From sequence record DRR723986_9330: 58,511 nt of DNA, one strand, 5' to 3'. The notes under the pieces were generated by a model. It did no database searches, was not told the DNA's origin, and worked only from the letters and a program-made list of their open reading frames with translations. The position numbers and the translations under genes are program-made. This document shows, piece after piece, positions 46,912 through 57,119 of the stretch. Positions within the stretch are counted from its first letter, which is position 1. Every line of letters begins with the position of its first letter.

Positions 46912-48090
46912 TTACAATCCTACGACTTCTTCTTGTTTTAAGAATAACCAATGAAAATAATCGAACAACTGGATGTCCGTGAAGTAGAAATTTAAAATTT
47001 GTTCGTAACTGTAGCCTTGATTTGCCATGCCCATGGCACCCTCTTGACAAAGTCCAACCCCGTGACCAAATCCTTTGCCATGTAAAACAACATTGCTCCC
47101 TTCCTCATGGCTTGAAAACCATGTGGATTTTAACTTGAACTTAATTCTCAAATCTCTTAATGGAATTCCGAGTTGGGGAGCAACATAAAATGCTTTCCTT
47201 GTATCTTGAGTGAAAGAATAGATCGATCGTCCAAACAACGAATCTTTATCAGGATAACCAAAATGATTCACCAAATAACTCTTCCAACTTGATTTTGAAA
47301 TGGTTTTGGTCCAAGTGGCTTGACGCGACTTTACACAAAAGGTATCCACGATACTTCTGCAATACGGTACCGCAACATTCCAAACAAAATCAGATTCACT
47401 AGTTTGACCTCCGCAATTCGCAAAAAAGAAACCATCTGCCAACTTCAGCTGCGCGTCCAACATAATAATACCCTTCGTTTCTGCCACAGCGTCTTGTATC
47501 GTTGGGGTGTATCTTAGCATGTTGTGATATGCCTGACAATGCACCCTATCGCAAACGGAGAATCCATCTTTTCTATGTTTTTTAAGATGATCTAGCACAT
47601 AGGTTCTACTTAATATCGCCTGCACTTTATAGTATTCTTTATGCTTGCCGCCGCCCCCTTCGCTTTCTATAACACCTGCTAAATAGTTAGATATTTCAAC
47701 CTCGTTTATCACCGTGATTTCAGTATTACCTGAAGGAATGATGATCAAATCGTTTTTGTATTTTCTAATTTTTTTGCTGTAAGGAACTACTGGTTGAACT
47801 TTAAAATTCGCATCTTGACTGCTGGCCTTTACGAAAACTGTGTCGAATTGACCGAAGACTTTCCCGGCTTTCTCAACTTTAATTTTCTGACCAGACCGAC
47901 TGACATTGATGGATTGATCTTTCCAAATAGTCGTCAACTCTACACTATCTCCAAAAACTTGATAATTACCCTTGTCATGAGAAATCTTAACCTTGGACAA
48001 ATCGTATGCACGCAATATCCCAACATTCAATACTTGACCAAATCCAGTTGAGCAGATAAATATGAGCGATATGAAGAGTAACAACCTCAT
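46912..48090 (-). CDS. SpoIID/LytB domain protein (lytic transglycosylase-like)
   Basis: YLAGVIESE, KVQAILSRTY, CDRVHCQAY, CGGQT, GFGHGVGLCQEGA, ILNFYF. Confidence 0.92.
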   Translation of the reverse strand: MRLLLFISLIFICSTGFGQVLNVGILRAYDLSKVKISHDKGNYQVFGDSVELTTIWKDQSINVSRSGQKIKVEKAGKVFGQFDTVFVKASSQDANFKVQPVVPYSKKIRKYKNDLIIIPSGNTEITVINEVEISNYLAGVIESEGGGGKHKEYYKVQAILSRTYVLDHLKKHRKDGFSVCDRVHCQAYHNMLRYTPTIQDAVAETKGIIMLDAQLKLADGFFFANCGGQTSESDFVWNVAVPYCRSIVDTFCVKSRQATWTKTISKSSWKSYLVNHFGYPDKDSLFGRSIYSFTQDTRKAFYVAPQLGIPLRDLRIKFKLKSTWFSSHEEGSNVVLHGKGFGHGVGLCQEGAMGMANQGYSYEQILNFYFTDIQLFDYFHWLFLKQEEVVGL

Positions 48091-48091
48091 T

Positions 48092-49204
48092 TTAGTTTTT
48101 AAGCAATAATGATGCTACCTTTTTGGATGCTCCGCCATCTCCCAAAATTTCTTTCATCTCTGAATAAGCAAGCAACATTTTATTTCTTTCATCACTTTCT
48201 TGAATTATTTTATCCATTTCGTCTTGCAAATTTTCAACGGTCAAATCATTTTGAATCAATTCAGTGACAACTTCTTTATCGGCAATTAAATTCACGAGTG
48301 AGATATAATCTACTTTTACCAAGCGTTTGGCGATTTGATACGAGAGTGCATTCCCTTTATAGCAAACCACTTGTGGAACTTCAAATAATCCTGCCTCTAA
48401 GGTTGCTGTTCCTGATGTGACCATAGCAGCATAAGAATTATTCAAGAGATCATAAGTTCTGTTTGAAATCCAATGCATTTCTTGTTCACCGGCAATTTGT
48501 TTATAAAACTCCTCAGGTAAATTCGGAGCGCCGGCTACAATAAGTTGAAAATCAGAATACTTTTTAGCTGCCGCTAGCATAATAGGCAGTTTTACCTTTA
48601 TTTCTTGTCTTCGACTCCCTGGTAACAAGGCGATAATTTTTCGATTGTCTAGGTTGAACTCTGTTTTGAAGTCATCAACTGAAACTGCTTTTTCTTGGAA
48701 GTTTTTTATGGCATCTAATAAAGGGTGACCTACATAATGCACATCCATTTGATAGCGCTTGTAGAACTCTTTTTCAAAAGGTAGAATACAGTACAATTCA
48801 TCTACAGTTGCTTTTAATTTCCATCCTCTTTTTTCTTTCCAGGCCCAAACAGATGGAGATATGTAATAATGAACAGTAATTCCGTGTTGCTTGGCAAATT
48901 TTGCCATACGCATATTGAATCCTGGATAATCCACTAAAAACAGTACATCCGGTTTGTATTCTAAAATATCCTTTTTGCAAGCTTTGATATTTTTAAGTAT
49001 GGTTCCAAGATTTTTCACCACCTCTAAAAAACCCATGAATGCAAGGTCTTTGATGTGTTTGACAGGTTTTCCTTGAACTTCTGCCATTAAATCCCCTCCC
49101 CAATACCTGAATTCGGTTTTTGGGTCAATTTTTAACGCGGCTTTCATGACATTACTGGCATGTAAATCACCTGATGCTTCTCCAACTACAATATAGACTT
49201 TCAA
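48092..49204 (-). CDS. lpxB: Lipid-A-disaccharide synthase
   Basis: GEASGDLH, VDYPGFN, YYISPSVWAW, LPFE, VGHPL, LLPGSR, SGTATLE. Confidence 0.96.
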   Translation of the reverse strand: MKVYIVVGEASGDLHASNVMKAALKIDPKTEFRYWGGDLMAEVQGKPVKHIKDLAFMGFLEVVKNLGTILKNIKACKKDILEYKPDVLFLVDYPGFNMRMAKFAKQHGITVHYYISPSVWAWKEKRGWKLKATVDELYCILPFEKEFYKRYQMDVHYVGHPLLDAIKNFQEKAVSVDDFKTEFNLDNRKIIALLPGSRRQEIKVKLPIMLAAAKKYSDFQLIVAGAPNLPEEFYKQIAGEQEMHWISNRTYDLLNNSYAAMVTSGTATLEAGLFEVPQVVCYKGNALSYQIAKRLVKVDYISLVNLIADKEVVTELIQNDLTVENLQDEMDKIIQESDERNKMLLAYSEMKEILGDGGASKKVASLLLKN

Positions 49205-49345
49205 AATGGCACAGTTTAATCTTCAAAAATACACGGATTTATGCTGTAAAACAGGAGGAGAATATGATACAAATTAACACTGCTTTGTGAACACTTGAAG
49301 GCCCAACAATGCATTATTCGGTGCTTTTGAGACTAAATTTGTTCT

Positions 49346-50242
49346 GTGAAGTCTTTTGTGCTGGTCATATTATCGCTATTATTTATCCAAACTGGTTTTA
49401 GTCAGGATAAAAAAATAGATCAATTAGAAGTGCTCTATGATCAAGGATATTATTCCAAAGTACTTAGAAAATCAAAGAAGTTAATGGCCAATCCGAATTA
49501 TGATTATTCTGGTTTGCCGGTGTATTACAAATCCTTGAGTTTATTCAGACTCTGCGATAATCCTCAATATCATAAGCGACACAAAAATGCAATTAAAGAA
49601 GCCGTAGAGAGTTATGATGCCTTTGCAGATCACAGCAATTATGAAGTGTATATACATGCACACTATTATGAAATATCGAGTTTAAAGACCTTCTTAGAAA
49701 AATTTGATGATAGATTGCGAGAGCTTGGATATGAAGATGACGCCAAAAGGGTGTCGAGCTTTTCATTCAAATATTTAAAATCCATAAAAGCTAAACCAGA
49801 TATTCACGAAAATTTAAAAGATGATAACGAGGTAGTTGATAATACAAATACATCAGTTTCATCAAATCGCGAAAAAATGGTGGTATATGCCAAGTCGTTA
49901 ATTGGGATAAAATATGTTTGGGCAGGTTCAACTGAATCAGGTTTTGATTGTTCTGGTTTTACCAGTTATGTGAGTAAAAAGTTTGGAATTAACATTGCGA
50001 GAACGGCATCAGGGCAATTAGAAGAGTCTAAAAAAGTAAAACTCTCCAATGCTCAAAAAGCCGATTTAGTGTTTTTTGGTTCAGGTGCTAAAATCACACA
50101 TGTTGGAATGGTGGTATCTAACAAAGGCGAAGAATTAACCATGGTTCATGCCTCAACCAGTAAAGGTGTGATTGTCACCAATGTAATGCAATCGTCATAC
50201 TGGAAGCCTAAACTCAAAGCTGCAGGCACCTATCTTGATTAG
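49346..50242 (+). CDS. NlpC/P60 (C40) peptidase with N-terminal helical domain
   Basis: Y.WAG..GFDCSGF, HVGMV, VHAS (Cys-His-His); signal peptide; GTG start. Confidence 0.9.
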   Translation: MKSFVLVILSLLFIQTGFSQDKKIDQLEVLYDQGYYSKVLRKSKKLMANPNYDYSGLPVYYKSLSLFRLCDNPQYHKRHKNAIKEAVESYDAFADHSNYEVYIHAHYYEISSLKTFLEKFDDRLRELGYEDDAKRVSSFSFKYLKSIKAKPDIHENLKDDNEVVDNTNTSVSSNREKMVVYAKSLIGIKYVWAGSTESGFDCSGFTSYVSKKFGINIARTASGQLEESKKVKLSNAQKADLVFFGSGAKITHVGMVVSNKGEELTMVHASTSKGVIVTNVMQSSYWKPKLKAAGTYLD

Positions 50243-50314
50243 CAGTTTATTATCCGCCAATCCTAAATTATTATCTGGCACTTACTTTTTAGAATACCTA
50301 GTATACCTTTGGGT

Positions 50315-50449
50315 ATGGCCAAAAATCTATTAGTAATTGCTTGTTTCTTCATAATACTTTTGATTCTTTTTGGCTGTAAAAAGCAATCAAATCAGACTGA
50401 AGTTGTCCCTATGCAACGGACGTCTGATTTGGCTTTTGAATATGAATAA
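50315..50449 (+). CDS. Small putative lipoprotein, 44 aa (not in the ORF track)
   Basis: MAKNLLVIACFFIILLILFGCKKQSNQTEVVPMQRTSDLAFEYE*; lipobox LFGC; TACCTTTG -7 element at 50304-50311. Confidence 0.6.
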   Translation: MAKNLLVIACFFIILLILFGCKKQSNQTEVVPMQRTSDLAFEYE

Positions 50450-50460
50450 AACTACAAACC

Positions 50461-51030
50461 ATGAAAAAAATCACCCTATTATTTACTTTTCTAGCTTTCG
50501 GTTTTATCAACTTTTCGCAAGATTTTGAGTCAACGGATGCGTATAAAGTCACTGCAACACGAAGTCTAGTAACAGAGGCACTGTTGAGTCTTGATTCAGA
50601 AAACAGGCCGGCAATTGATTGCTATGTATATCGCTCAGAAAGTCCTGAAAAAGTAGTGATTAAAATAACCCCTTCAGAGTATGAGCTTTTTGACTCGGTT
50701 CAAGTACAGGTCTTAAAAAAACCTGGATTAGAAAATGTGAGAGAAGTCTTGCGCATAGAAGTAGAGTACTCTGCTTGTTGCTTTTGGGGCGAGATATCTT
50801 ATTACATGATTACAGATTCTGGTGAAATGATCAAGTTACCAGATCTGCATCAATCCTACTGCGATTGGCCTGCTGTGATTGACGAATATTATTTCCCCAT
50901 TCAACATGATGGTGAAAACAATAACATCCAGAATAATTCAATTTCAATTAATTCTGAAGGAGATGTTGACAATATTAAAACAAACCAATTACTTTTATGG
51001 GACGGAAAACAAATCTCAGTTCCTGAATGA
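50461..51030 (+). CDS. Secreted hypothetical protein
   Basis: Signal peptide; YSACC, YCD motifs; ATGA overlap with rluF. Confidence 0.72.
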   Translation: MKKITLLFTFLAFGFINFSQDFESTDAYKVTATRSLVTEALLSLDSENRPAIDCYVYRSESPEKVVIKITPSEYELFDSVQVQVLKKPGLENVREVLRIEVEYSACCFWGEISYYMITDSGEMIKLPDLHQSYCDWPAVIDEYYFPIQHDGENNNIQNNSISINSEGDVDNIKTNQLLLWDGKQISVPE

Positions 51031-51752
51031 GTGACGGAAAAAGAATCAACAAGTATTTGAGTGAAATTGGCTATTGTTCTCGAAGAGAGGGGGATCGGTT
51101 GATTGAACAAAAACGGGTGAAAATTAACGGAAAAGTTCCAGAGCTTGGAACAAAAATCCAACCCGGAGATACGGTTCATGTAGATGGAAATTTAGTGTCC
51201 GACCCGGAAGAAGATTTTGTTTATTTAGCTTTTAATAAACCCGTAGGCATTGTCTGTACAACGGATACAAGAGTTGAAAAAGACAATATCATTGACTTTA
51301 TTGGCTATCCAAAGCGAATTTTCCCAATTGGAAGATTAGACAAACCTTCAGAAGGATTGATTTTACTCACGAGTGATGGTGATATCGTTAACAAGATTTT
51401 AAGAGCAAGAAACAATCACGAGAAAGAGTACATAGTAAAAGTCAATAAACCCATGACTAAAGATTTTATTTTTAAAATGGGTAACGGACTTCCGATATTA
51501 GATACGGTGACAAGAAAATGCCATGTCGAACAGCTCAATAAATTTGAATTTAAAATTATCCTCACTCAAGGGTTAAACAGGCAAATTAGACGCATGTGCG
51601 AATATTTACACTATGATGTGGTGAAGTTGAAGCGCATTCGCATCATGAATATTCAGCTTGATCTGCCTGTAGGCGAGTATCGCGAATTGACGTCAAGAGA
51701 AATGAGCGACTTGAATGCCTTAATTGCGGATTCTAAAAAAACAAATGGCTGA
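51027..51752 (+). CDS. rluF: 23S rRNA pseudouridine synthase, RluF type
   Basis: S4 domain [42 protein letters not shown]. Confidence 0.88.
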   Translation: MSDGKRINKYLSEIGYCSRREGDRLIEQKRVKINGKVPELGTKIQPGDTVHVDGNLVSDPEEDFVYLAFNKPVGIVCTTDTRVEKDNIIDFIGYPKRIFPIGRLDKPSEGLILLTSDGDIVNKILRARNNHEKEYIVKVNKPMTKDFIFKMGNGLPILDTVTRKCHVEQLNKFEFKIILTQGLNRQIRRMCEYLHYDVVKLKRIRIMNIQLDLPVGEYRELTSREMSDLNALIADSKKTNG

Positions 51753-52284
51753 AGGGATAATTAAAGAAGTTACCCTTAAGTTTGGTGGGGTTTATAAGGA
51801 TAAACCTGAAGAATCATTTAATACTTGGTTTTCAAGTGGATTCGTTGATAAAGATTTAGGTATTATTTCTTTCACTGATTTTACAATGTATCTTCCAGAT
51901 GAGCGAGTTTCTCAATCTAATTTTTTTGCAGAGGGTTCGATTCCTGTGGTCTATATGAAGTTTAATGAAATTTTTGATTTTAATGTGTCCATTTTCCCAA
52001 GATCATGGTTTCAAAAGCTATTTAGATTCAATCAATCTAAAGCAAAACTGTCATATAATTTTATTGTAGCAGCACCAGATAAACTTCATGAAGCGCTCAA
52101 CTCTAATAAGGAACTTCATGCTATTCTGTCCGATCGGCAATTATTTATCTCAACCAAGGAGATTTCTGATGAGAACTATTTAATTCTACAGCCAAATGAA
52201 ACTGTATCTTCAGAAGATCAACTTTCAGAATTGATAGTGTTGATGAAAGAATTAGGTCAGATAATTGCTGGATATCTTTCTTAG
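51745..52284 (+). CDS. Hypothetical protein
   Basis: ATG 51745 overlapping the rluF end; no recognised motif. Confidence 0.55.
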   Translation: MAEGIIKEVTLKFGGVYKDKPEESFNTWFSSGFVDKDLGIISFTDFTMYLPDERVSQSNFFAEGSIPVVYMKFNEIFDFNVSIFPRSWFQKLFRFNQSKAKLSYNFIVAAPDKLHEALNSNKELHAILSDRQLFISTKEISDENYLILQPNETVSSEDQLSELIVLMKELGQIIAGYLS

Positions 52285-52314
52285 CAATAAAGATAATTTC
52301 AGTATCTTTTATTC

Positions 52315-52878
52315 GTGAAAAAACATCTCTTTACTCTTTTGTTATTTTGTTCGGGTTTTGCGTTCTCGCAAACTGAACATGTTGTTAGGTTAGACAGTAG
52401 CCTAAGTAGTCAGGGTACCATTTACTATTTAGTTGTTGGCAATAAAATTGACGGTAAAAAAATGGGGGTGTGGGAATTGTATCAATACACCGCCTGGGAT
52501 ACAACAAAATTCTTGGCAGCATCCGAAACCTATGAGGATAATAGGTTAACCGTAATGAAAGAGTTCAGACTTGATGGTTATACCGAACAACGCTTCGATA
52601 AGAAAGGATGGGTGATTGAAGAGTCTAATTACCGATACGGGAATTTAACCTGGCAAAAAGAATACAAAACGAGAAAAAAAGCTATTTCCAGAACCTTCTA
52701 TCCGAACGGTCAAATTTCTGGTGAGGGACCCGAAGTTTTAGTGAAGATCATTACCGGTTGTGATGCCGGATTAATGAACTTTCAGCGCGAAGGAGAGTGG
52801 ATATATTACGACACAACCGGTGAAGAAATAGATCGCCAGAACTATACCATTAACAAGGATGTATATAAAAAGGTTTAA
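52315..52878 (+). CDS. Secreted protein with MORN-variant-like repeats
   Basis: Signal peptide; GKKMGVWELY, FYPNGQISGEG, REGEWIYYDTTG. Confidence 0.7.
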   Translation: MKKHLFTLLLFCSGFAFSQTEHVVRLDSSLSSQGTIYYLVVGNKIDGKKMGVWELYQYTAWDTTKFLAASETYEDNRLTVMKEFRLDGYTEQRFDKKGWVIEESNYRYGNLTWQKEYKTRKKAISRTFYPNGQISGEGPEVLVKIITGCDAGLMNFQREGEWIYYDTTGEEIDRQNYTINKDVYKKV

Positions 52879-54014
52879 TTGATTGTTTGAATGTCTACCC
52901 TTCTCTTGGTCCAGTCCTCTTGAGTGTTGTCGTTTATTTCTCCTTTAAATTCGGTTTGAATTTGGTCGGATAAAACCCCTTTCTTCATCAATGCCTTTTT
53001 CACTGAGAATACTCTTCGTTGAGATAATTTGAGATTGTAATCGGCGTCTCCTTTAGGATCTGTGTAACCTACAAGTAAAATTTGCTCGTGCGGATGTTTC
53101 AGAAGATAATTAGCTAATTCATCCAAATCAACTCTTGATTTCGTATCCGATTCATCATAATCAAAATACAAGCACTTGAATTGGGGAGTAGCTACTTTCT
53201 CGGGCTCAACCGTTGATATTTGTACTTCATTTCCGGTCAGATAAGGCGGTAGAAATGGAGGTTGTTCAGGTGTAAACGGCGCAAAATTATCAAGAGCAAA
53301 GCCAAAAACATTTCTGAACTTGTTTTCAGGACTGACCTGTTGGTTAGGCCTTATTTCAATCAGTTTAAACTTGATCTCCGATTCAATTTTGAAAGGAACT
53401 ACGCCTCCATCCTCACCAATTTCACCTTTGCCAAAAGCAGGACCGGTTGTTCTGATTTCAATGGGTGCAGCGTTGATCGGTCGGTTTGGGAAATCTGACT
53501 CAGATTCATAATAGTATATTTCATAGGCTTCTATTGCGTCATCCGCTCCATCTAAATCCAAAATATCTGCACTACAACCTTGGGTAGGAATTGAAAAATG
53601 AACGAAAACCGAAGGTAAACTGTCACCTCTCAAAATAGTACTTACAAAATGACAGCCCACCCGCTCTCTATTATTAATTTCATTATTCAATACAAATGGA
53701 TTATAGTTGATCTGATTCATTCTGGTTTGTGGAATCACTTTTTCATGACAATTTTTATTGTTTTTTATCCCTTGAAATCCTCCGGTTAATCCTTGACTTC
53801 CCTTAACCGTGAGTCCTATTTTTTGCAAGGTTAAATGAGCAGTATCACTCAAATTGTGGCCAATGAAAAATCGCAATTCGCAGGGATGATTGGGTAGAGA
53901 AATGAAATGAATCGCTTCTCCAGGTTCTTTATCAGTGACTGATTCAAAATCTATCACTTGACTGTGCAAAGCATTAGCAAACGCCAATAAACAAAACAAA
54001 GCAATTATCCTCAT
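52875..54014 (-). CDS. OmpA-like C-terminal domain protein with unknown N-terminal beta domain
   Basis: YFDYDES, VGYTD..G...YNLKLSQRR..SV, RRVDI; Pro-rich linker; signal peptide. Confidence 0.85.
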   Translation of the reverse strand: MRIIALFCLLAFANALHSQVIDFESVTDKEPGEAIHFISLPNHPCELRFFIGHNLSDTAHLTLQKIGLTVKGSQGLTGGFQGIKNNKNCHEKVIPQTRMNQINYNPFVLNNEINNRERVGCHFVSTILRGDSLPSVFVHFSIPTQGCSADILDLDGADDAIEAYEIYYYESESDFPNRPINAAPIEIRTTGPAFGKGEIGEDGGVVPFKIESEIKFKLIEIRPNQQVSPENKFRNVFGFALDNFAPFTPEQPPFLPPYLTGNEVQISTVEPEKVATPQFKCLYFDYDESDTKSRVDLDELANYLLKHPHEQILLVGYTDPKGDADYNLKLSQRRVFSVKKALMKKGVLSDQIQTEFKGEINDNTQEDWTKRRVDIQTIN

Positions 54015-54018
54015 GTTC

Positions 54019-54522
54019 TCAAGTTAGTGATTTTTCGAAACAGTCAAAATGCTCAGTACGATAAGGAAAGTAGATTTCCCCAACTTTTGTATATCCTCTG
54101 TTTTTATAGAATTTCAATGTTCTAGCGTTACCTGAGTAAGCGTCTAATCTGATGGATTGATATTGGTTAGAAATGGCAAAATCCAATGCAAAATCCATTA
54201 GTTTTTTACCAATTCCCTTTCCTTGAGCCGTTGGTGAAACAGCAAACCTGTGCACTACCAAAATGGGTAATGTATTGAACTTCCAAGGAAGGTCGGTATA
54301 TTCTGGAGATTGATTTTCATCTATAGCTACTATCCCCAATACCTGGTTTTGATCAAGGTAACAATAAAGTGATTGGTTCTCAATGTCTGTTATCACATTT
54401 GATTTTAGAGGGTAGTTTTCGTTCCACTGCATAATGCCTTGCGAGCGCATATGTTCTCCGCAATCTTGTAATAATTTGAATATCTCATCAACCTGATCTG
54501 GTTTTGAAAGTTGAATATCCAT
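54019..54522 (-). CDS. GNAT N-acetyltransferase
   Basis: QWNENYP, VHRFAVSPTAQGKGIG, IRLDAY..N...LKFY..RGY. Confidence 0.9.
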   Translation of the reverse strand: MDIQLSKPDQVDEIFKLLQDCGEHMRSQGIMQWNENYPLKSNVITDIENQSLYCYLDQNQVLGIVAIDENQSPEYTDLPWKFNTLPILVVHRFAVSPTAQGKGIGKKLMDFALDFAISNQYQSIRLDAYSGNARTLKFYKNRGYTKVGEIYFPYRTEHFDCFEKSLT

Positions 54523-54743
54523 TTAACAAATATGAAGATTTTATTCAAATCGGTTAATTTGAAATTTTTAAGATGAGCACGGTAACCAGCTGTCAGTATA
54601 TTGAAAAATAAGAGCTCCAGGGAATTGTTAAGGTATTTTAACTAATGTAAACAGTGTTAAAATTGTTAAAGAAAGTTTAAAGAGAAGTTTGGTATATCGT
54701 CTTGGTATATCTTTGACTCAACCTAATTTAACGCCCAATCACT

Positions 54744-57119
54744 ATGCGAATTCTTCTTTTATTCACGCTGCTTTCATCAAGTCTTTTGCATGCGCAAAAC
54801 ATTACTGTAAAAGGAACCATACCTTCAGAAAAAATTGGAGACCTCATTGGACAAATAACCATTTTTTCGGTTTCAGATTCAACCTTAAAGAAAGGATCTT
54901 ACATTGATTCAAGTCATTTTGAATTGAAATTCAATGGTCAACTCAATACAGCATATTATGCCAAAATTAAATTGGCGGGATATGTTGATACCATTATAAA
55001 TTTTGAAACAACTTCCAATGAAGTGAATCTTGGAATCATTCAATTAGAGGCAGATTTAAATTTAGATGCTGTTGAGGTGGTTTATCGTGAGCCTGCTTTT
55101 GAAAGAACAATGGATGGCATTCAGATAAATGTTTCAGGTACCACTTTAGAGCAATTGACCAATTTATTTGAGATTTTAAAAGCTTCACCAAAATTAACCT
55201 CTCCAGATGATGAACGAATTGAGATAATAGGAAAAGGCGTTCCTTTAATACTAATTGATCGACAGCCCATTTTATCAAATGATGAATTGAAAGCAATTCC
55301 CGCGACAATGGTTGAGAAAATTGAGATCATTACCAATCCATCAGCTAAATATAAGGCTCAAGGTAGAGGGAGCGGTGTGATTGAGGTGTTTACCAAAGAT
55401 TTTAGACTAGAAGGATATAATGTAACTATAAGTGGTTCCGGTGGTGTAAATACGCAGTTGAAACCGGCTGGCGATCTGAGTTTGGGGCTTAGCTTAAAAA
55501 AGAAGAAGTTTTCTTTAAATGCAAATGTTGGAAGTCACTATAGAGAAAGGTATTCTTATGGTCAAGGTGAATTCAATTCAACTGATGATTCAAAAAGAAC
55601 AGAAATCAATGGATGGGATGCTGAGAGTTCAAATATTGATCCCTTCGTTAATATTAAAGGAGCTTACAGAATCAATGATCGTCATAAGATAACAATGGGT
55701 ATTAGAGGGCACTCTAACCGTTATATTGGTGAACGAACAGACTCATCTCAGTATCTGCAAAATAACATTTTGGCTCTTACAAATAACAAATCGTCCTCTA
55801 CTGTTTATACATGGGTGAATGGGAGCAGTTTTTTAAATTATTTGTGGGAAACAGATACGAATAACAGTGCCTTTGAAATCAATGTAAATTATAATATCAA
55901 AGTTGATGAATCATCTGGTATTTCAAGAAATCAATATACCGAAGAAAGCACAGGTGATATTACGGATTTTAATATCAAAAATGACTCTAAAAACAGGCCG
56001 AATATAATTGATTTCAGAACATCTTATGAGCACGTATTTGATACAACAGGATGGAAAATGAGTGGAGGAGGGTCTTATGGTCTCGTGTTTAATGGAAAAG
56101 AGTTCAATCAGTTCAATGAAATGGAAAACGAATGGATTTTAGATCCCTTATTTACCAATTCTTATGATTACACAGAACAAAATTCAAGTGCCTTTGTAGA
56201 AGTTTCAAAGGAATGGGATATCATTGGGTTTAGGGCAGGTGTAAGTGGGGAATACACTAGTTTGGATGGATACAGTAATTCTTTAGAAAAGCAGTTCATT
56301 GATTCTTCATATGCCTTACTTTTTCCTTCGGCCAGCCTTATGATTGAACCAAATGAGAAAGTCGGCATTACATTTAGTTATAATACCGGTATTGATAGAC
56401 CTAGGTTTTCAAATTATGATCCATTTGTAATTCAAGAAGACAGCTTAATGGTAACTTACGGTAACCCTTATTTAAGGCCTGAGATTAGGCAGACATTCGG
56501 ATTTAATATTGACTTGTTTTACAAGTACAATTTGAGCGTCAATTATTCTTTTGCCAAAAACCCTCAAAGTAATCTTTCTTTTATCGATCAATCTACCTTT
56601 TTAGTCAATTCAACACCATGGAACGCAGAAAGTAATCAAGGATTAAATGTCAGTTTAAGTGTGCCGTTAAAGACAAAGTGGATGAGCGCATGGAATTCTG
56701 TATGGGTAGACTATAATAAGTATTCGTTCACACCAATTTTTGGACGAAGTGATTTTTATAACCTTACCTATGGTTTTTGGTCCTATTCTAACTTCTTTTT
56801 GCCTAAAAATTTCACACTTACCAATCGATTTTATGTCGGTAAATGGGGGAATGGAGAACGCAAAGCTCAAGTGAGGGTGCATTGGGGCATCAGATTGACC
56901 AAAAAAATGTTGGACAACAAATTTCAGATATATGTAGAGGCTGAAGAAATAACTCCTTTTGTTAATCGATTCGAAGATTTTGCTGGAAATTATACTGGTT
57001 CATCTAGTAACCGTTGGACATTCTCTAGTTTCAGATTAGGTCTTTATTATAAATTCGGTCGTCTAAAACAGGATGCCCAAATAGAGGAAAGTAAGTCAGG
57101 TAATTCCGACAGGATTTAA
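54744..57119 (+). CDS. TonB-dependent-receptor-like outer membrane beta-barrel protein
   Basis: Signal peptide, LDAVEV, IEIITNPSAKY.A.G..GVI, FPSASL, GNPYLRPE; TATCTTTG -7 element at 54708-54715. Confidence 0.85.
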   Translation: MRILLLFTLLSSSLLHAQNITVKGTIPSEKIGDLIGQITIFSVSDSTLKKGSYIDSSHFELKFNGQLNTAYYAKIKLAGYVDTIINFETTSNEVNLGIIQLEADLNLDAVEVVYREPAFERTMDGIQINVSGTTLEQLTNLFEILKASPKLTSPDDERIEIIGKGVPLILIDRQPILSNDELKAIPATMVEKIEIITNPSAKYKAQGRGSGVIEVFTKDFRLEGYNVTISGSGGVNTQLKPAGDLSLGLSLKKKKFSLNANVGSHYRERYSYGQGEFNSTDDSKRTEINGWDAESSNIDPFVNIKGAYRINDRHKITMGIRGHSNRYIGERTDSSQYLQNNILALTNNKSSSTVYTWVNGSSFLNYLWETDTNNSAFEINVNYNIKVDESSGISRNQYTEESTGDITDFNIKNDSKNRPNIIDFRTSYEHVFDTTGWKMSGGGSYGLVFNGKEFNQFNEMENEWILDPLFTNSYDYTEQNSSAFVEVSKEWDIIGFRAGVSGEYTSLDGYSNSLEKQFIDSSYALLFPSASLMIEPNEKVGITFSYNTGIDRPRFSNYDPFVIQEDSLMVTYGNPYLRPEIRQTFGFNIDLFYKYNLSVNYSFAKNPQSNLSFIDQSTFLVNSTPWNAESNQGLNVSLSVPLKTKWMSAWNSVWVDYNKYSFTPIFGRSDFYNLTYGFWSYSNFFLPKNFTLTNRFYVGKWGNGERKAQVRVHWGIRLTKKMLDNKFQIYVEAEEITPFVNRFEDFAGNYTGSSSNRWTFSSFRLGLYYKFGRLKQDAQIEESKSGNSDRI

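Noticed and set aside
52315-52878. YwqK-like antitoxin of a toxin-antitoxin pair
   Set aside because: MORN-variant repeats are common in secreted Bacteroidota proteins and no toxin gene is adjacent.
1041-56882. Numerous 60-140 aa antisense or alternate-frame ORFs in the track (e.g. 1789-2124, 11924-12307, 17287-17664, 35135-35563, 39789-40151)
   Set aside because: They lie within well-supported genes, lack recognisable motifs and look like shadows of the coding strand.
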